From: Chlorokybus atmophyticus
Lineage: Eukaryota > Plantae > Mesostigma and Chlorokybus algae
Direction of reading: 5' to 3'
Assembly (NCBI GenBank): GCA_009103225.1
Contig: RHPI01001327.1
Span: 124,001 to 188,000 of the forward strand
Length of the DNA: 64,000 nucleotides
Part shown: one piece after another, positions 35,192 to 49,092 of the stretch
Layout of the letters: each line of letters starts with the position of its first letter
Numbering within the stretch: the stretch's first letter is position 1
Notes under the pieces: model-generated
The model's database searches: none
The model's input: only the letters and a program-made list of their open reading frames with translations
What the model was told of the DNA's origin: nothing
Made by a program: the position numbers and the translations under genes

Positions 35192-37946
35192 ATGAGGTCA
35201 GCGGCGCGATGGTTGCTGGTGGCGGTGGTGGTGTTGTTCGTCGCTGTTGTTGCGGGGGATACAGCGCACCCGCAGTACCCCGCTGGAGACGTGGGCTTGG
35301 TCGCTGTGCCGCAACCTGGTGCTGCTGTCGCGGCGGTGGCGGAGTGTCCTGCAGGATGCAACGGAAGGGGAAAGTGAGTGACAGTTTGTGGTTTGCCTTC
35401 TATTCCACGCGTGTGGTGTTGCTCTGCAGTAAAATTGCAATTGCAACATGCGAGCATGTCTTGAGACAGCAAAGCATCAACAAACAACGGGTTGTCTTAC
35501 GTCTCTGCTTTTGCTTCTTCTTAACAACGCGGGCAGCACAAGTAAATGGGGTCTTGGATAGAACTCTTCTAGAGTCTCTCCTCCCCAGTGCTGTGTGCAT
35601 GCACACTGGACAGCACAGGCGTACGAACACGCATGTAACAGCCTGTTCACTTGTCACAAGAGACAACACACGAACATGCACACTTACGCCATGATACACA
35701 CGCAAACGCATAGGCACACACACAAGTATGCGAACGCGCCCATGCGTACGCCTGCATACGCACACATATGTGCATACGTGCGTAGTTTACAAACATCTGG
35801 CGCTCCACCGCAGGTGCGTGCGCGGTGTGTGCGTATGCGACGCCTCCTTCTCCGGCACCAACTGCTCCCTCCATCAAGACCACTTCACTCCCTCATCACC
35901 CACATCTCCCGTCGACAGCATCCCGCCGGCCTACCCTTCTCTGCACGCCGCCATCACAACCAACACAAGAACAAACCACCACCACCAACAACAACAGCAA
36001 CAACAACAACGCGCCCTCCGCGTGTGTTTCGTGACGGGCGAACTCGTCGGCCCCGTGTCCAACGGCGGCATCGGCACCGCCTTCACGACACTCGCCATCG
36101 CCCTCGCACACGCAGGCCACAACGTGTGTGTAACACTGCATCACCATTGCATACCTCACGCTGTTCTCACTCACCCTCTTTACTCTCTCTCTCTCTCTCG
36201 CAGGTGAGTGTCGTCTTCACGCGCGGTGCCTACAGTGAGAAAGAGTCCTTCGCCTACTGGCAGTCTTACTACCAATCCGCGCACGGGATCCGTCTCACGG
36301 CGCTGCCCGTCCGGACGCGGCGACACGTCGCGCGACACATACACGAGAGTTATGAGGCGTTCAGGGCCATTGAGGCTGCGAAGCCGGCCTTTGACGTGGT
36401 GCACTTTCACGACTATGAGGTAGGAATGTGAGAGTGCGTGCGTGCGCGCGCGTGTGTGTGTGTGTATGGTGGGTGGGTTAGGTAGGTATGGGGGTGGGTC
36501 CCTGTGCGTGTGCAAGCCTGTCCTTGTGCTTCTGTGTGTGCATGTCTGTGCGTGTGCTTGTGTGAGCGCACGCGTATATATGTGTTTGTGCGTGCGCACG
36601 TGCGCACCGGTGCGTGCAGGTGTGCATGTGTTTGCGCTCCCCTGCGCACATGCACGCGCAGACATGTGTGCCGCTGCGTGTGCCGCTGCGTGTGCCGCTG
36701 CGTCGTGCGTCTTCCACTCACAACACACATGCCCAGGGTGCAGGTTACTACTCCGTCCTCGCGCGTTCTCAGGGCCGTCACCTGCCCACCACGTCGCTGG
36801 TGGTCGGCGCGCACGGGCCGTCGCTCTGGGCCAAGGTGGACGGCAACGGGGAGGGCGTGACGGAGATACGGGACCTCGAGATCAACTTCATGGAACGGAG
36901 GGCGGCGGAGGGGGCGGATTACCTGATTGCGCCGAGTAACTATATACTCAAGGTGTGTGTGGGGTACAAGAGTCGTATACTCGCTCGCCCGTGAGACACA
37001 CAATCTAGGACACGCACGCAAGCACGCATAGGCATATGCACACGCACACGCATGCGCGCATGTGCATGCGCATGCACGTGCACAGATGCACATTCATACA
37101 CGCATACACACCCGCGCGCACCCACCCACCCACCCACATGTGCACACGCAGGCACACGCATACGCACACTGCATGCGTGCACGTCGTTCGCTGATAGTCC
37201 CCCACCCCCCCTACAATCATAACTGATGTACGGCAACGCATACGCGCTCGCAGCCTTCTGCGCTGTAACAACACACTCTCTCACTCTCTTACAGTGGATG
37301 GCCACCAACGGTTGGAAGTTCCGCCCCGACCGCGCCTTCGTTCAGCCCAACCTGCTCCCGCTGGCCGACCGTGCCGCCGCGCTCTCCAACAACAACAACA
37401 ACGTCGTGCACGTGGCTGAGGGGATGGTGCCCATCGCCCCCATGAGTGAGAGCAACGACCGACGTGGTGTTGATGGCGTGAGAGAGAGAAGGACCGTGCG
37501 GGAGCTCGTGTTCTTTGCCAGACTTGAGGTGAGGTGTTGATTTGAGAGAGTGTCTGTGTGTTGCTATGTGCTTTATTTAGTGAATGCGTCGAGCCAACAC
37601 ATTCTTCTTCCTGTCGTTGTTGTCGCAGACGCGCAAAGGCATCATCCTCTTCTGCGACGCAGTGAGTACTGATGCACATTGTGGGCATCGTCACCATCAT
37701 GATCATCGTTGTTGATGTTGTTGAACAAATAACACATGAACGCGCACGCGCACGCGCACGCGCACAAACCCGCACACACACAGGTCGATCGTCTTCTAGC
37801 AGAAGCGCAGCGCGATGCCACCTCCGTCACCCTCCCGTCCAAGGTGACGTTCATGGGCCGTCCCGCCATGGTGTCGGGCGCGTTCGGAGACGCTTACGTG
37901 CGACGGCGGGCGAGGGAATGGAACGTGCCGTGGCAGGTGGGTTTGT

Positions 37947-37987
<41 letters not shown>

Positions 37988-40129
37988 TTGATGCTGCTTG
38001 TTCTGGTATGCAGGTTGTGACTAACTTAGGGGCGGCTGAAGCCAAGGCGTATTTGAGGGAGGTGAGTCTTGTTGCTAACGCTCAATCAAACCAACACACA
38101 AGCGAATGAAGGAGGGAATAACAATGTTGATGTGGTTGTGCATGTGTGTGTAGGGTGACAGGCTTGCGGTGATGCCTTCCCTGGTGGAGAACTCTCCATA
38201 CACGGTGTACGAGTGCGCGGAGCTGGGCGTGCCTTTCCTTGCGTCCAATGTTGGTGGTGCGCCGGACTTGGTCCGTGCTTCAGACCATCCACACGCACTC
38301 TTCACACCCACAGTAGAGGTATAGTTGTACTTACATGCGTGCAAGCCCAGACACGCACGCAACCATGCACAATCATACACAAGCCCACGCACACATGTAC
38401 ACATATGCACGTACGCGCGCGCATATGTACGCATCTCACACGCGCAGGCGTTGACTGGCAAGTTGAGGGAAGCCTTGACCGAGGGCGTGGTTCCGGCCCG
38501 ACCATCTGTGGACGCAACATTAAACGAGCAGACTTGGCTCGATTGGCACGTGTGGGCAGTCGATCAGAGAGACGACGAACAAGAGGTCAAAGAGGGTGAG
38601 AAGGACACAACCCAACACAAGAGACCGTTCGTCACGGCCGTGCTTGTGCACTTCAACCGGCCCGCTTTATGCAAACTGGTGCGTATGACACTGCTGTGTT
38701 GGTGTGTTGGTATGTTGTCGTTTAGGTCGGTGTCAAAGTGTGTTGTTTTGTGGGTTTGTCACTAGGCGATAGAGTCTCTTGCGGCTCAAGACTACCCCGC
38801 AGACAGCTGGGAGCTTCTGTTGATAGACGACGGCAGCACCAACGAGGACGCCAAGGAGTTCTTAGACTCCATCGAGCCGGACTTCACTGCCCGGGGATGG
38901 TGAGGAGACCAACCAAGGGGTTGAATGCGTTTGTTGTGGAAAAACAGCTTGTGCTTGTGCATGTGGATATGTTGGTTCCTAGTTACAATTTTCTCCGCCA
39001 TGTACAGCCTGTCGCGCTGTAAGGAGTCGTATGTATGTGACACGACAAGAGTTATACATGCGGATGTTTGCAGGAGGATACTGCGAGAGCCAAACAGATA
39101 TCTTGGTGCTGCACGGAACACTGCAGCTCGGCACGCAAAGGGTGGGTGACACAACACAACTCATGCGTGCGTGCGTGTGTTGGTAGCGTGTCATAGTGGA
39201 TTTGTTGCAGGGGAGTTCATCCTGTTCATGGACGATGATAACTACGCCAAGCTGCACGAGATATCTGCGTTCGTGATGGCGATGACGCGCAGCGGCGCGG
39301 ACGTGCTCACGTCTTTTGTGGACTTCTTCTGGTCGACCGGCCGACCGACCGACAACAACGACAGGCCCACGTACATGTTCCTTGGTGGAAGGTGAGGGAG
39401 AGTTGACCAATTACACAACAGAACGGGAGAACTCGACGTCACTGCTTGTGTTGCTGTTGATTTGCAGTGCGGATGTTGGGGCTTTCAAGAACTGCTATGG
39501 CGATGCCAACTCTTTCATGCGAAAATCATCGTTTTTCAAGATTGGTGGCTACACTGAGGTTTGTTTGTCGGTGTCACGCATGGCCTTGAACCAATGCAGC
39601 TGGATGAGTTACTCACAGTCTCACCGCTTCACACAGGATTATGGTGTTGGGTTTGAAGACTGGGAGTTCTACGCAAATGCGTCATTGCAGGGTTACAAGG
39701 TAATGATGCTGGGCACCTTCAACAATGTACAATCAATCGCTGACAACAGCTGTGGTACGTAGGTTGACATCGTTCCTGAGGCGCTGTACCATTATCGTTT
39801 CACGCCCGGCAGCATGCAAAAGACCACAAACTTCCAACAAAACCGCCGCAGATCTTTGCGGCCGTATCTCAAGATGTTGCCAGACGCCGTACATAATGTG
39901 AGCAAGACACCACATGCACTGATAACCACTTCGCGCACATCGGTGAAGCATAGACAGCTAATCTCTAATGCAACAGGTGATTTTGGGTGCTGTGTTTCCA
40001 CGCAAATCGGACGGCTCAATCGGCGCACCTGTTGGGCTCGCCGCTCAGGGCGCCAGCAAGTTTCATGGCGCAGCCAGTGCTGATGGCGAGTTGGTAAAAG
40101 CACAGGCTAGTCCCCTACCCAGAAGATGA
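35192..40129 (+). CDS. Secretory-pathway glycosyltransferase: signal peptide, EGF-like module, GT4 (GT-B) and GT2 (GT-A) domains; ~16 exons
   Basis: MRSAARWLLVAVVVLFVAVVAG; CPAGCNGRG|RCVRGVCVCDASFSGTNC. GT4: RVCFVTGELVGPVSNGGIGTAFTTLA, VVHFHDYE, FFARLETRKG, PSLVENSPYTVYEC. GT2: LLLIDDGST, NRYLGAARN, FILFMDDDN, GFEDWEF. Confidence 0.9.
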
Positions 40130-40278
40130 CACGCGAGTAACAGTGGACAGATAGATTACGCTCTGCACAGTTTTATATAATATACATACAATAAACACAA
40201 CTACCTCAACCGCTAACCAACAACGAGAAATCCCACCCCGTGTGCGCTGAGAGTGCGCTGCTATGCTATGTGTGTGCG

Positions 40279-41876
40279 CTATTGTACGATGCTGTGATTG
40301 GCGAGCAGTGGCTGTGCCACTTGCTTGGGTGGGGCTGGTGGCGCAGGCAGTTGTGGTAGACTCTCCGCACTGCCACCAGAGCAAGGTTAGCATTAATCAC
40401 ACCAAGCATGGGTGGACGACACATAACACAGATAGATACCAATTGCACAATGGCTGCCGACATCATGCACAACAAGGCTACGTACTTTGTTTTTCGAAAC
40501 TCTGTCAACACTGGATAGATGTTCTCAAAAGCCTCGTAGATCTCCTCCCGCACCTGTTTGCCAGAGACAGAATGTGCAACGCTGTAAATATGGTTCTCTG
40601 GTAAAACAAACAATGCATGTTGTACGCAACCTGTACAAGAAGCATACCTTCGCTCCGGTTAACACAATCTTTCCAGAAACGAAGATCAACAACACAATCT
40701 TGGGTTGCTTCATGCGGTAGATCAACCCAGGAAACAACTCAGGTTCATACTGCGCATACCCATGTAACCACATAAGCATTGCAACACATGAGGCACAAAC
40801 GTGTTGCACAACTCAATCTCTACGGACGCCAAATCATATCACATAGTGAGTGCGTCTACTCACACTCGAGAAGTGGCCGTGCGCATACGCCAACCCCTCC
40901 AGTCGGATGGGAAATTTCACATCACATGACCCAACAATGTTCTGTATCTTGAAATCCTGTGAAAAGTGCATGTACTCATCAGCGCAGTAATAGCGATGCA
41001 GTAGAATGCTGCAGTCTCAGGCGAGATGCCATATGCTGCTTTGTACGATGATTACCTTGAAAAGAGCAGGGAAGCCCAGCTTCTGAATAATGCGTGCATA
41101 CTGCAAACACAAGAAGTTAAGACCAACACTGAGAGGCCAGAATCGACATTGCATGCTCGACATGACATACTCGTGTGGCCAGCACACACACATATGCAAT
41201 TACCTTGCGTGCAGCTAGCTTTGACAGCGTTTCACTCTTGGCACCAGTGCAGACCTGGTTGCACAATTGTCGTAAGCCTATGGCAACTTATACTTGTAGC
41301 AATGGCAAGTGCCGCTTGAAAGAAATGCAACAAGCAGAAGTGCAATGCTGCGGTTATCCACAGTTTGCAGCAACTAGCTCACCATCTTTCCTGAAGCAAA
41401 AATGAGGGCGGTGGTTTTGGGATCGCGGATGCGCATAATCACAGCAGCGAATCGCTGATGTTTGCGCATGCCTCACAGTCAGATGTGAGCATGGTAAGGC
41501 AAAGTAACTAGGGCTGCACACAACCAGTAGCTGCAAGGCCACACCTTCGGGTTGTACTCAGCGTTGCGTGCGTGCAGTGCAATGGTTTTGAGATCCAACC
41601 TACAGTCCATATTGACAGTAGACACAATGTTCCTGTGTCAACACCCAATTGTCAGCATTATGCCAGAGACAAGCTTAAGGTAAAGTCACGTGCACCAATC
41701 TCAGTGTGAGGTTGTCTGATTAGCAAACGCAGGCCATGCGACTGCACAATGAGAGGATCGTTCCAGAATGCTGTGACGTACTGCAGCGTGGGAACGATCC
41801 CAGATGGATGCTTGTCGAGATCCACGGGCTCGCTGGTGGGAAGCGCAGCAGCAGAAGTCGACGCTCCTCCTGCCAT
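40279..41876 (-). CDS. TBP: TATA-binding protein
   Basis: [15 protein letters not shown]|NIVSTVN...NAEYNPK|[24 protein letters not shown]...[34 protein letters not shown]...[13 protein letters not shown]. The last exon and stop position are approximate. Confidence 0.97.
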
Positions 41877-42470
41877 CGCCACCACCGACGCCGTAGCCAC
41901 CACCGACGCCCGGAGCCGTCGCCGCTTGCCACACCAAATACCACCCTGAACTCCGCAGCAATTCCACCCGATCGTTCCCCAAACGTCCCAGAACAAGGTC
42001 ACCAAGAACAGATCAGGCTCTATCCACACTTGCTATCACCACCAACACTGCCGCCGGTTCCGCCGCCGCCGCCGCTGCCGCCAACACTGCCGCCCCTTTT
42101 TGTTGCCAGCGTTTAGGGTTTGTGCTGATCTGGGTCGACAAGGCATAGAATATGAACCGGTGATAGCGAAACGGGATCGGAATGAGTGAGTCACACTTTG
42201 GAGAGTGTGACGCAATGCCATGTTGCCGGTGGTGCCGGTGTGGACCTTGGCGTGGTTGACCGCCGCGGTGAGGTAGGTGGGGAGGCTGGAGGGGACGCTG
42301 TATGTCGAAGGTTGTTGCGATTTTTTGGCCTTGATTGAGTGCTAGAACGTATGTAAAAGGTGCGGCTTGGTGGGCAAAGGCGAGGTGTTTGGGGGTTGTT
42401 CTTTGAATGGAATGAGCACGGCGTGTGCTGCTATGGTTGGGTCGTTGAGGAGGAGGCGGCGACCGTGGTG

Positions 42471-45400
42471 ATGGCGCAGCCATACTGGCAGTATAACCAG
42501 CAGCAGCAGGACCCGTTACAGGCGTTGGCAGCCTTGAGCCTTGCCGGTGTGGGTGGCGGCACTGCTGCTGCGGCAGGCAGCAGCAATATGAGCAGCGTTG
42601 CTGCCTCACCGCTCGCTAGCTTGCACAGCATTCCTCCCCGTGCTCCTCCTACAGCACTGCCGCCGCTTTCTCCCGGCTCACTGGTCAGCGCCTTCGGCAT
42701 TGGTAGCAGCAGCAGCAACCTCATTTCGCCAAGCACAAGCACCACCAGCAGCCCCCCGGCATGGACAGCGTTTCCGCCGGCCGTCGCCACCGTCGAAGAC
42801 GACGACGACCCCTTCGCCGCCCTCGCCACACGCCGCACAGCCAGTGCACCTTCACCACTTGCCACTACCACAGCAGCGCAAGCACAGGCACAACCACCAG
42901 CAACGGCATCAGCGTCTGCCATTGAGACCCTAGCTCCTGATCTAGGCAGGCACTTGGATGATTTCTTTGCCAACAAGAAAGCACCTCCTCCTCCTCCACC
43001 CCGACGGGAATCGTCTTCACAACAATCACATCAACAGCAGCAGCAACACCAGCAGCAGGCACAGCAGCAAGCTCATGCACGAAGGCTTCCTTCAGGAGGA
43101 GTCTCGGGAGGCTCTACAGCGCCTCCATGCTTTGAACTCAGGCCCCCACCCATTCGCTTGGACTCATCCTCCATCACGGTGTTGGCTGAAGCTGCTGGGT
43201 CGCTTTGGTCTGCGGGGCAGGGTGGTTACCTGCGTGTCTGGCAGTCCCCAGGTACTATTAATTATACCACTGGAAACTCAACAGCAACATACATACACAT
43301 GCATGCGCTCATCCAACCGATACTACCAATACTTCTTGCTGTTTGGTTACCAATGCGTTGATTGACTGTCATTTTGCTGTACCATAAGCGTATTTCTGCG
43401 ACACTATACTGGCAAGGCCGACGCACTCATGCATGTGCGTCTTGCATGAGAAGTTACACCCGCCCCCCCTCCTTCTCTCCGCTCTGTCAGGAGGCGGGCG
43501 CAGTCCAAGCAAAAAGTTGTGTCCTGTGTGAGATTATTGTTGTCAAGCTTCTCATTAGCAGTGTCGCTGGGGCAAGACTAGAAACAACTAGAAAACGCTA
43601 TGTACGCAATGCCTTTGTCTGATGGTTTCCAATAGCAAACAGACAGGCACTGTACATTCTACCAAGTGTCACATGTTGTCGAGCAGTGTTTGCTGCAGCC
43701 GGTAGTGCGTCGAGTGAGCATGTATGTTGCTTTGCCTCAGTTGCTTTGTTGTGTAAGCCTGTGGCATGCGTGATACTTATATACACTCATATCCGCGGTT
43801 GCTCAAGGACTGTGATCACCGTATTGGCATGTGTTTAGGCGATTGCAGCTTGTTGCGAGCCACTTGTTGGTTGCTCATGGCATACGTTGGGTTGCAGGAA
43901 GCATTTTCCAAGGGGGAGGTGCTGGCGAGGAGGACACTGCAGCATGCGCACTACTCCCTGTAGCAGCTGGACGGGCGCTATGCATGAGCAGTTATCCAGC
44001 ATCCGCACTCATGCTGACTGGGCATGCTGATGGCTTTGTGCGAGCTTGGTCTGCGCAGGTGAATTGATCTGCATGAGGGTGATTTGTCATGGTTGTCAAT
44101 GTTAAGTTTTGTCCGCCACCACTGTATTGACATGTGGCACATATGCGCATGGAAATTGGCTCATGTGTTAATGATGCACCGTTGGCCATCGAGCATTGAA
44201 ACGGCATATCGTACTTATGGCAGATCATAACCAGCGCACACTTAGGTTGAAATCCAATTGAAAGTCATTTGTAATCGACATTCAATTGTGCGTCTGAGAT
44301 ATCGCGACATAGCTGTTGTTTGTGTTGCAGCGCTTGACTTACATGTTTGTTGTGCTTGCAGCTTCCCAAAAGCTTGGACAGTGCTACTCCGGCTAGTCCT
44401 ACCAGTGTTGCTCGCAACATCCTTAGGGAATGCGAGCTGCTGGCATGGCCAGCTCATCGTACACCCGTTACTGCGCTCGCTCTCACTCCATATGGTGTGT
44501 CAGCTAGCAAAGATGAGCAACTCAAGATGGCTGTTTGTGGTCATTGATGTGTATCATATGTCGCATGTGTGCAGGCGACCTGTGGACAGGCACAGACACT
44601 GGCAGCATCCGTGTGTGGTCAAGGAATAGCTTAGCACAGGCACTGAAAACAGGGCGACCCCTGACAGCTTGTGGAGCAGAGTTGGTTCACAGAACAGCAG
44701 GTACATGCCACCAACTGGTTGTCAGGCACAAAGCTAGTACCTCAAGATGCAATCAGGTAATGGAGCAACCTGTGCAATTTTTGACATGCAAATCATTGCT
44801 GATTGCAGGCCAAGGCAAGCCCTCTGCTGAAGTGCGGCAGCTTGTATATGTTCCCGGAACTACTCGTCTTTGGAGCCTGACTGCACAGGTCTCCTCCACG
44901 CACACGCATGCATAAGCATCGACAACACATGGCCGTTACTGCAATTAAACTTTGCTGTGTTGTTACAGTCTGTTTGCATCTGGAACACAAGGACGTGCGA
45001 GTTGGTGCAGTGCATTGGTCAAGAGCAGTTGCTGGGCTACACAGGGATGTCAGGGGCAGATGATTTTGGAGATGCGCCAATTCTGCAGAAGTCGACCTTT
45101 TGGGGGCGTGCCCGAAGCTCACTAGCTGCAACCGCACAGGTTGGGCACAAGACAAGTTGTATGCATTCTTATTCGCATCGTCACAAAAGATGTATCGCAA
45201 GCACAGATGCGCCAATGGTGCCATCTGACCACTGCACTTGGGGCGCAGTCTGTGGCCTTGCCTCTGATGCGCATATATATGGCTTATGTAGGCTGCAGCC
45301 GGGCAATGGAGCACCTTGAGTACAGGTGTGGCTGTAAGCGGAACTAGCTCACAACAGTGGGGTAGTGGTTTGTTCGGTGCTGGAGACAAGGGAGGTATAT

Positions 45401-48400
45401 GCGCTATTGCTGCAGCCCCTGATGGTACTGTGTGGGGAGGGTGTGTTGATGGTCGTGTCATTCATTGGGAGGGTGAAGGTCTATTGATCGCAGCAGCAAA
45501 GGTGAGACCTTTGCTGTAGCACGTGTGCTGGATCATGTCATGGCAAGTGCAATATGGCAACACAAGTTCGCGTGTTTTATGTTTTCTGATCGCAGTCCTG
45601 TCGCTTGAAAGGTTTTTGCTTATGTGCGCAGCCTTTGTGGAAGGGTGCCGTCAAGTCCATCTGTGCTGTTGGTCTGCGAGTATGGGCTGGCAGTGCTACA
45701 GGCTCAATAAGGGTACTGGATGGAAGCAATGGCGGCGATCTGGGTGCATGGAAAGCGCATGATGCCGCTGTTGCCAGCATGACCAGCTGTGGAGATTATG
45801 TCTTCAGCTTGTGAGTTTCTTTGTGGTTGTTTAATGGTTGCTGAGGTCCTGTTTGTGCTGTGTTCGACATCATCTGTACTCTTCCACATGGCGTCCTGAA
45901 AGTTTTGTCATGACAGGGCTTCCACTGGACACATTCGAGGCTGGGATGCACGCTCGCCTTGTGATGCTGATGCTCAGATACGTTTTGCGCTTGAGCAGAA
46001 TGCGGCTGCTTACACCGTTCCCCAAACTGTGCGCCTCTTAGCCGGCACTTGGAATGTCAATGAGCAGGTGCGTATCCACAGTTGCTTCATAGCTTGTACT
46101 AACTTGTTGACACACATTGTAACACTGGATACTGAAAGTATATCAATGCAAACCGTGGTCGTACAGTGGCAGCAGTTGTGGGTATCATGCTTTGGTTGTG
46201 CCATGGCAGTTGTAGTTGAGTTTGCAATCACTGACTGAAGGGTTACTGTTCGTCTCAGAAACCTGCTGTTGACTCGCTGCGGAGGTGGCTGGGTGGTGCC
46301 TCTGCAGGTGGTGCACAGGGAGCGGATGTTGTCTGCGTTGGGCTGCAGGTAAGCTCACCTTTGCAGATTTGAGTGCACTCGTAATTGTCCGCTGCGGCTT
46401 TTCATACCATTCATGTGGGTGGTATTATCAGGAAACAGAGATGAGCGCTGGTAGCATATTTTTGGCCACTGCCAAAGAGACAGTTGGCGTTGGATTGGAT
46501 GGTAGTGGGGGCATTGCTGGTATGTGGCTTCAGGCGATCACGCTGGCCTTAGGCGGCGAAGCAGTATTTGTAAAAGTGGCCGCACGCCAATTGGCCGGCA
46601 TCCTCATTGGTGTTTGGTGAGTGCCTTGCTGTGAGAATGGCAACCAGTGGTCATTGAGTGGTACGTCCTCATTGTGCTCTATGTATGTGCAGGGTGCGGC
46701 GGGACATCTTGCGCTACGTGAGTGAAGCGGATACGGCTACCGCTGCAGTTGCTTGTGGCCTTATGGGCCGTACACTTGGAAATAAGGTGAAGTACCTGGC
46801 GCACAATGTAACGTTTCATACATCCACAATCCTCGTTTTCTCTGTTGTACATTTTGTTGTGAGGTTTTATGTGTCCACTTGTCATGAAACCGACTTGAGT
46901 AATTGCAGGGGGGAGTTGCAGTTCGGCTCGTGCTTCACCGACGCAATGTCTGCTTGATCAATAGCCACTTTGCTGCGCACACCGAAGCTGTCTCCCGGCG
47001 CAACGCAGACTACGAGCACATCATCACCAAGCTTGCATTCCCCGCTCGCTCGGTGTATGCTGCTGGCTCTGGTGGCATGCACCGCTCAGGGTCTGGGTAA
47101 GGATGCATTGCTACTTGCTTTGTTCCCATCAACAATGACACACGCATACCACATTGCCTTGACATTTGGGCTGTTTCCTTGTGTCATGGTCAAGTGTTGC
47201 AGCTGTTGGTGTGATTACGCGCATCACATCAACAGCTGCAACACTGCGCAGTGCTGACCTTGATCGAGTTGGGAGCGGGAACTCACTTAGCAATGGGAGT
47301 GCTGGGAGCGGCTTCACCCGCAGTCCCAGCTTCAGTTCTACTGGACCTAGCAGCCCTCATTCCTCCAACTCCCCGCCCCCTCTTTCACCTCCTTCACAGG
47401 TCTGTTGTTCATCGGTGTTGCTCAAGTTTGGGAACCATTGCATGCGTCACATCTGCTTCCAAAATGTCCTTATGCGTGCATTGTCAAAGTGATTGTCTCC
47501 ACTTCTTCCAAAACAAAGCAGGAACAGAAGGGTTCAGGAGCCACCGCTGTTCCCCTGTCGGGATTGAGTGAGTGTGACACTGTCGTTTGGGTCGGGGACA
47601 TGAACTATCGAGTGCAGGTGAGTTACGCAGAAGCACTGGCAGCAATAGCTCGAGAAGACCTAGCGCTCCTCCTTCGGCATGATCAGGTGAGTTGGCAGCA
47701 AGCCACAAGCTGAGAGCCCGCCAGTTGTGCGTGTTGTTGTCTACTTTCTCAGCGGTATGCCAGGGAATGCAGAAACGTATCATAGTGTACTCTTCCAACT
47801 GTGGGCATATGCGCAGCTACATGAGGAAAAAATCGCCAAACGGGTATTCCAAGGATTTGTCGAGCCGCCCATTACCTTCCCACCAACATACAAGTTTGAC
47901 AAGCACAACCCGGACCGCCTTGGTGCGTTTTGCACAGTCAGCTGTGGTTGTACACGCAATGCCAAGCGCTTTGACTGATGCGCAACCTGTATTGCACACA
48001 GCATATGACAGCAGTGAAAAGCAACGCGTGCCAGCATGGTGCGATCGTGTGTTGATTAGGGAAGACATATCAACTGCTGCTAGAGTAGACGTTGAGCGGT
48101 AAGTGGCAGTTTGTGTGTTTAACGTCAGTCCCTTTAGCAGACGCTTTTCTTGTTGCACATTCCCAGCTTGTGGTGCCATGGCTCTTCACAGTCGTTTGTA
48201 TCATGGGTTGTGCACGTGGCTTGAGGGAGTTGTTAGTGGTGTGCGTGCATTATGGCACGTGCGCTCACTGTGCATTTTGCGTGTGTTCAACAGGTACGAT
48301 TCTTGCATGTCAGTGCTGGACAGTGATCACAAGCCTGTTGCAGCACTCCTGCGGCTTGCTTTGCAGGTAAGCAGTTCACAGTTACACTGCCTTCCTGAAA

Positions 48401-49092
48401 TCAGTGGGGCATTCTTTTACTGTGTCTTACTTCGCTTGTGCGCAGGCCATTGACCAAGCCAGTCTTCGGAAACAGTATCAATTTGCGCGTGCGACTGCAT
48501 ATCAAGCCGTCAGCCGCAATCCGCAACATATGCTTGCGCAAGCCACAGCATTGAGTGACAACGCGCTGTCTCTCACCCCGGCTGCATCCAGCAAAAAGCT
48601 GCGGCTGTCCAACAAGAGCAACAAGCCGGTCGTCTTTTCCATCTGTGTTGACCCTGAATTGGTTGTGGTAGCGGGCCAACAAGTCAAGCTGATAGGTAAG
48701 CCAGATTGTAACAACACACGCAAGAACCGCATGCTTGTGTGCTCACCACAAGCGTTGGAAGTTGAATGCCACTTCTTAGGCTGCATGAGGGTACGTGCAC
48801 TTGTATGACCAATAATGTGCTTGTGTGCACAGGGCCCCTCAGCAGTGCGCTTCCGCGCTGGATGACCATCTTTCCTTCTACCGGTGTCGTGTTACCGCGT
48901 GCTGCCGGCACATTGACCATCACCATGTCTCTTGACAACATGCGGTCCATGAAAGAAGTGGGCGATGACAGCAGCGCATGGCATGATGAGCTGCCCCGCA
49001 ATGGGTTGTCCATGGCGTTGCTAGTGACTGTACATTCAGATTGGTTTGATCAGAGCACCACTCACAGAGTGAGCCTCTCGTGTGATATTTAA
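42471..49092 (+). CDS. Plant-type WD40-containing inositol polyphosphate 5-phosphatase (5PTase12-15/FRA3-like)
   Basis: Low-complexity N-terminus and WD40-like exons (LWTGTDTGSIRVW, VWGGCVDG, VWAGSATGSIRVLD). Catalytic motifs GTWNV, GLQE, NKGGVAVR, NSHFAAH, VWVGDMNYR, PPTYKFD, PAWCDRVL, SDHKPV. The 3' end is approximate. Confidence 0.92.

Noticed and set aside
17924-38765. Many long ORFs rich in CVCV/HTHT/ARAR
   Set aside because: These are translations of intronic RY microsatellites or antisense GC-rich exons.
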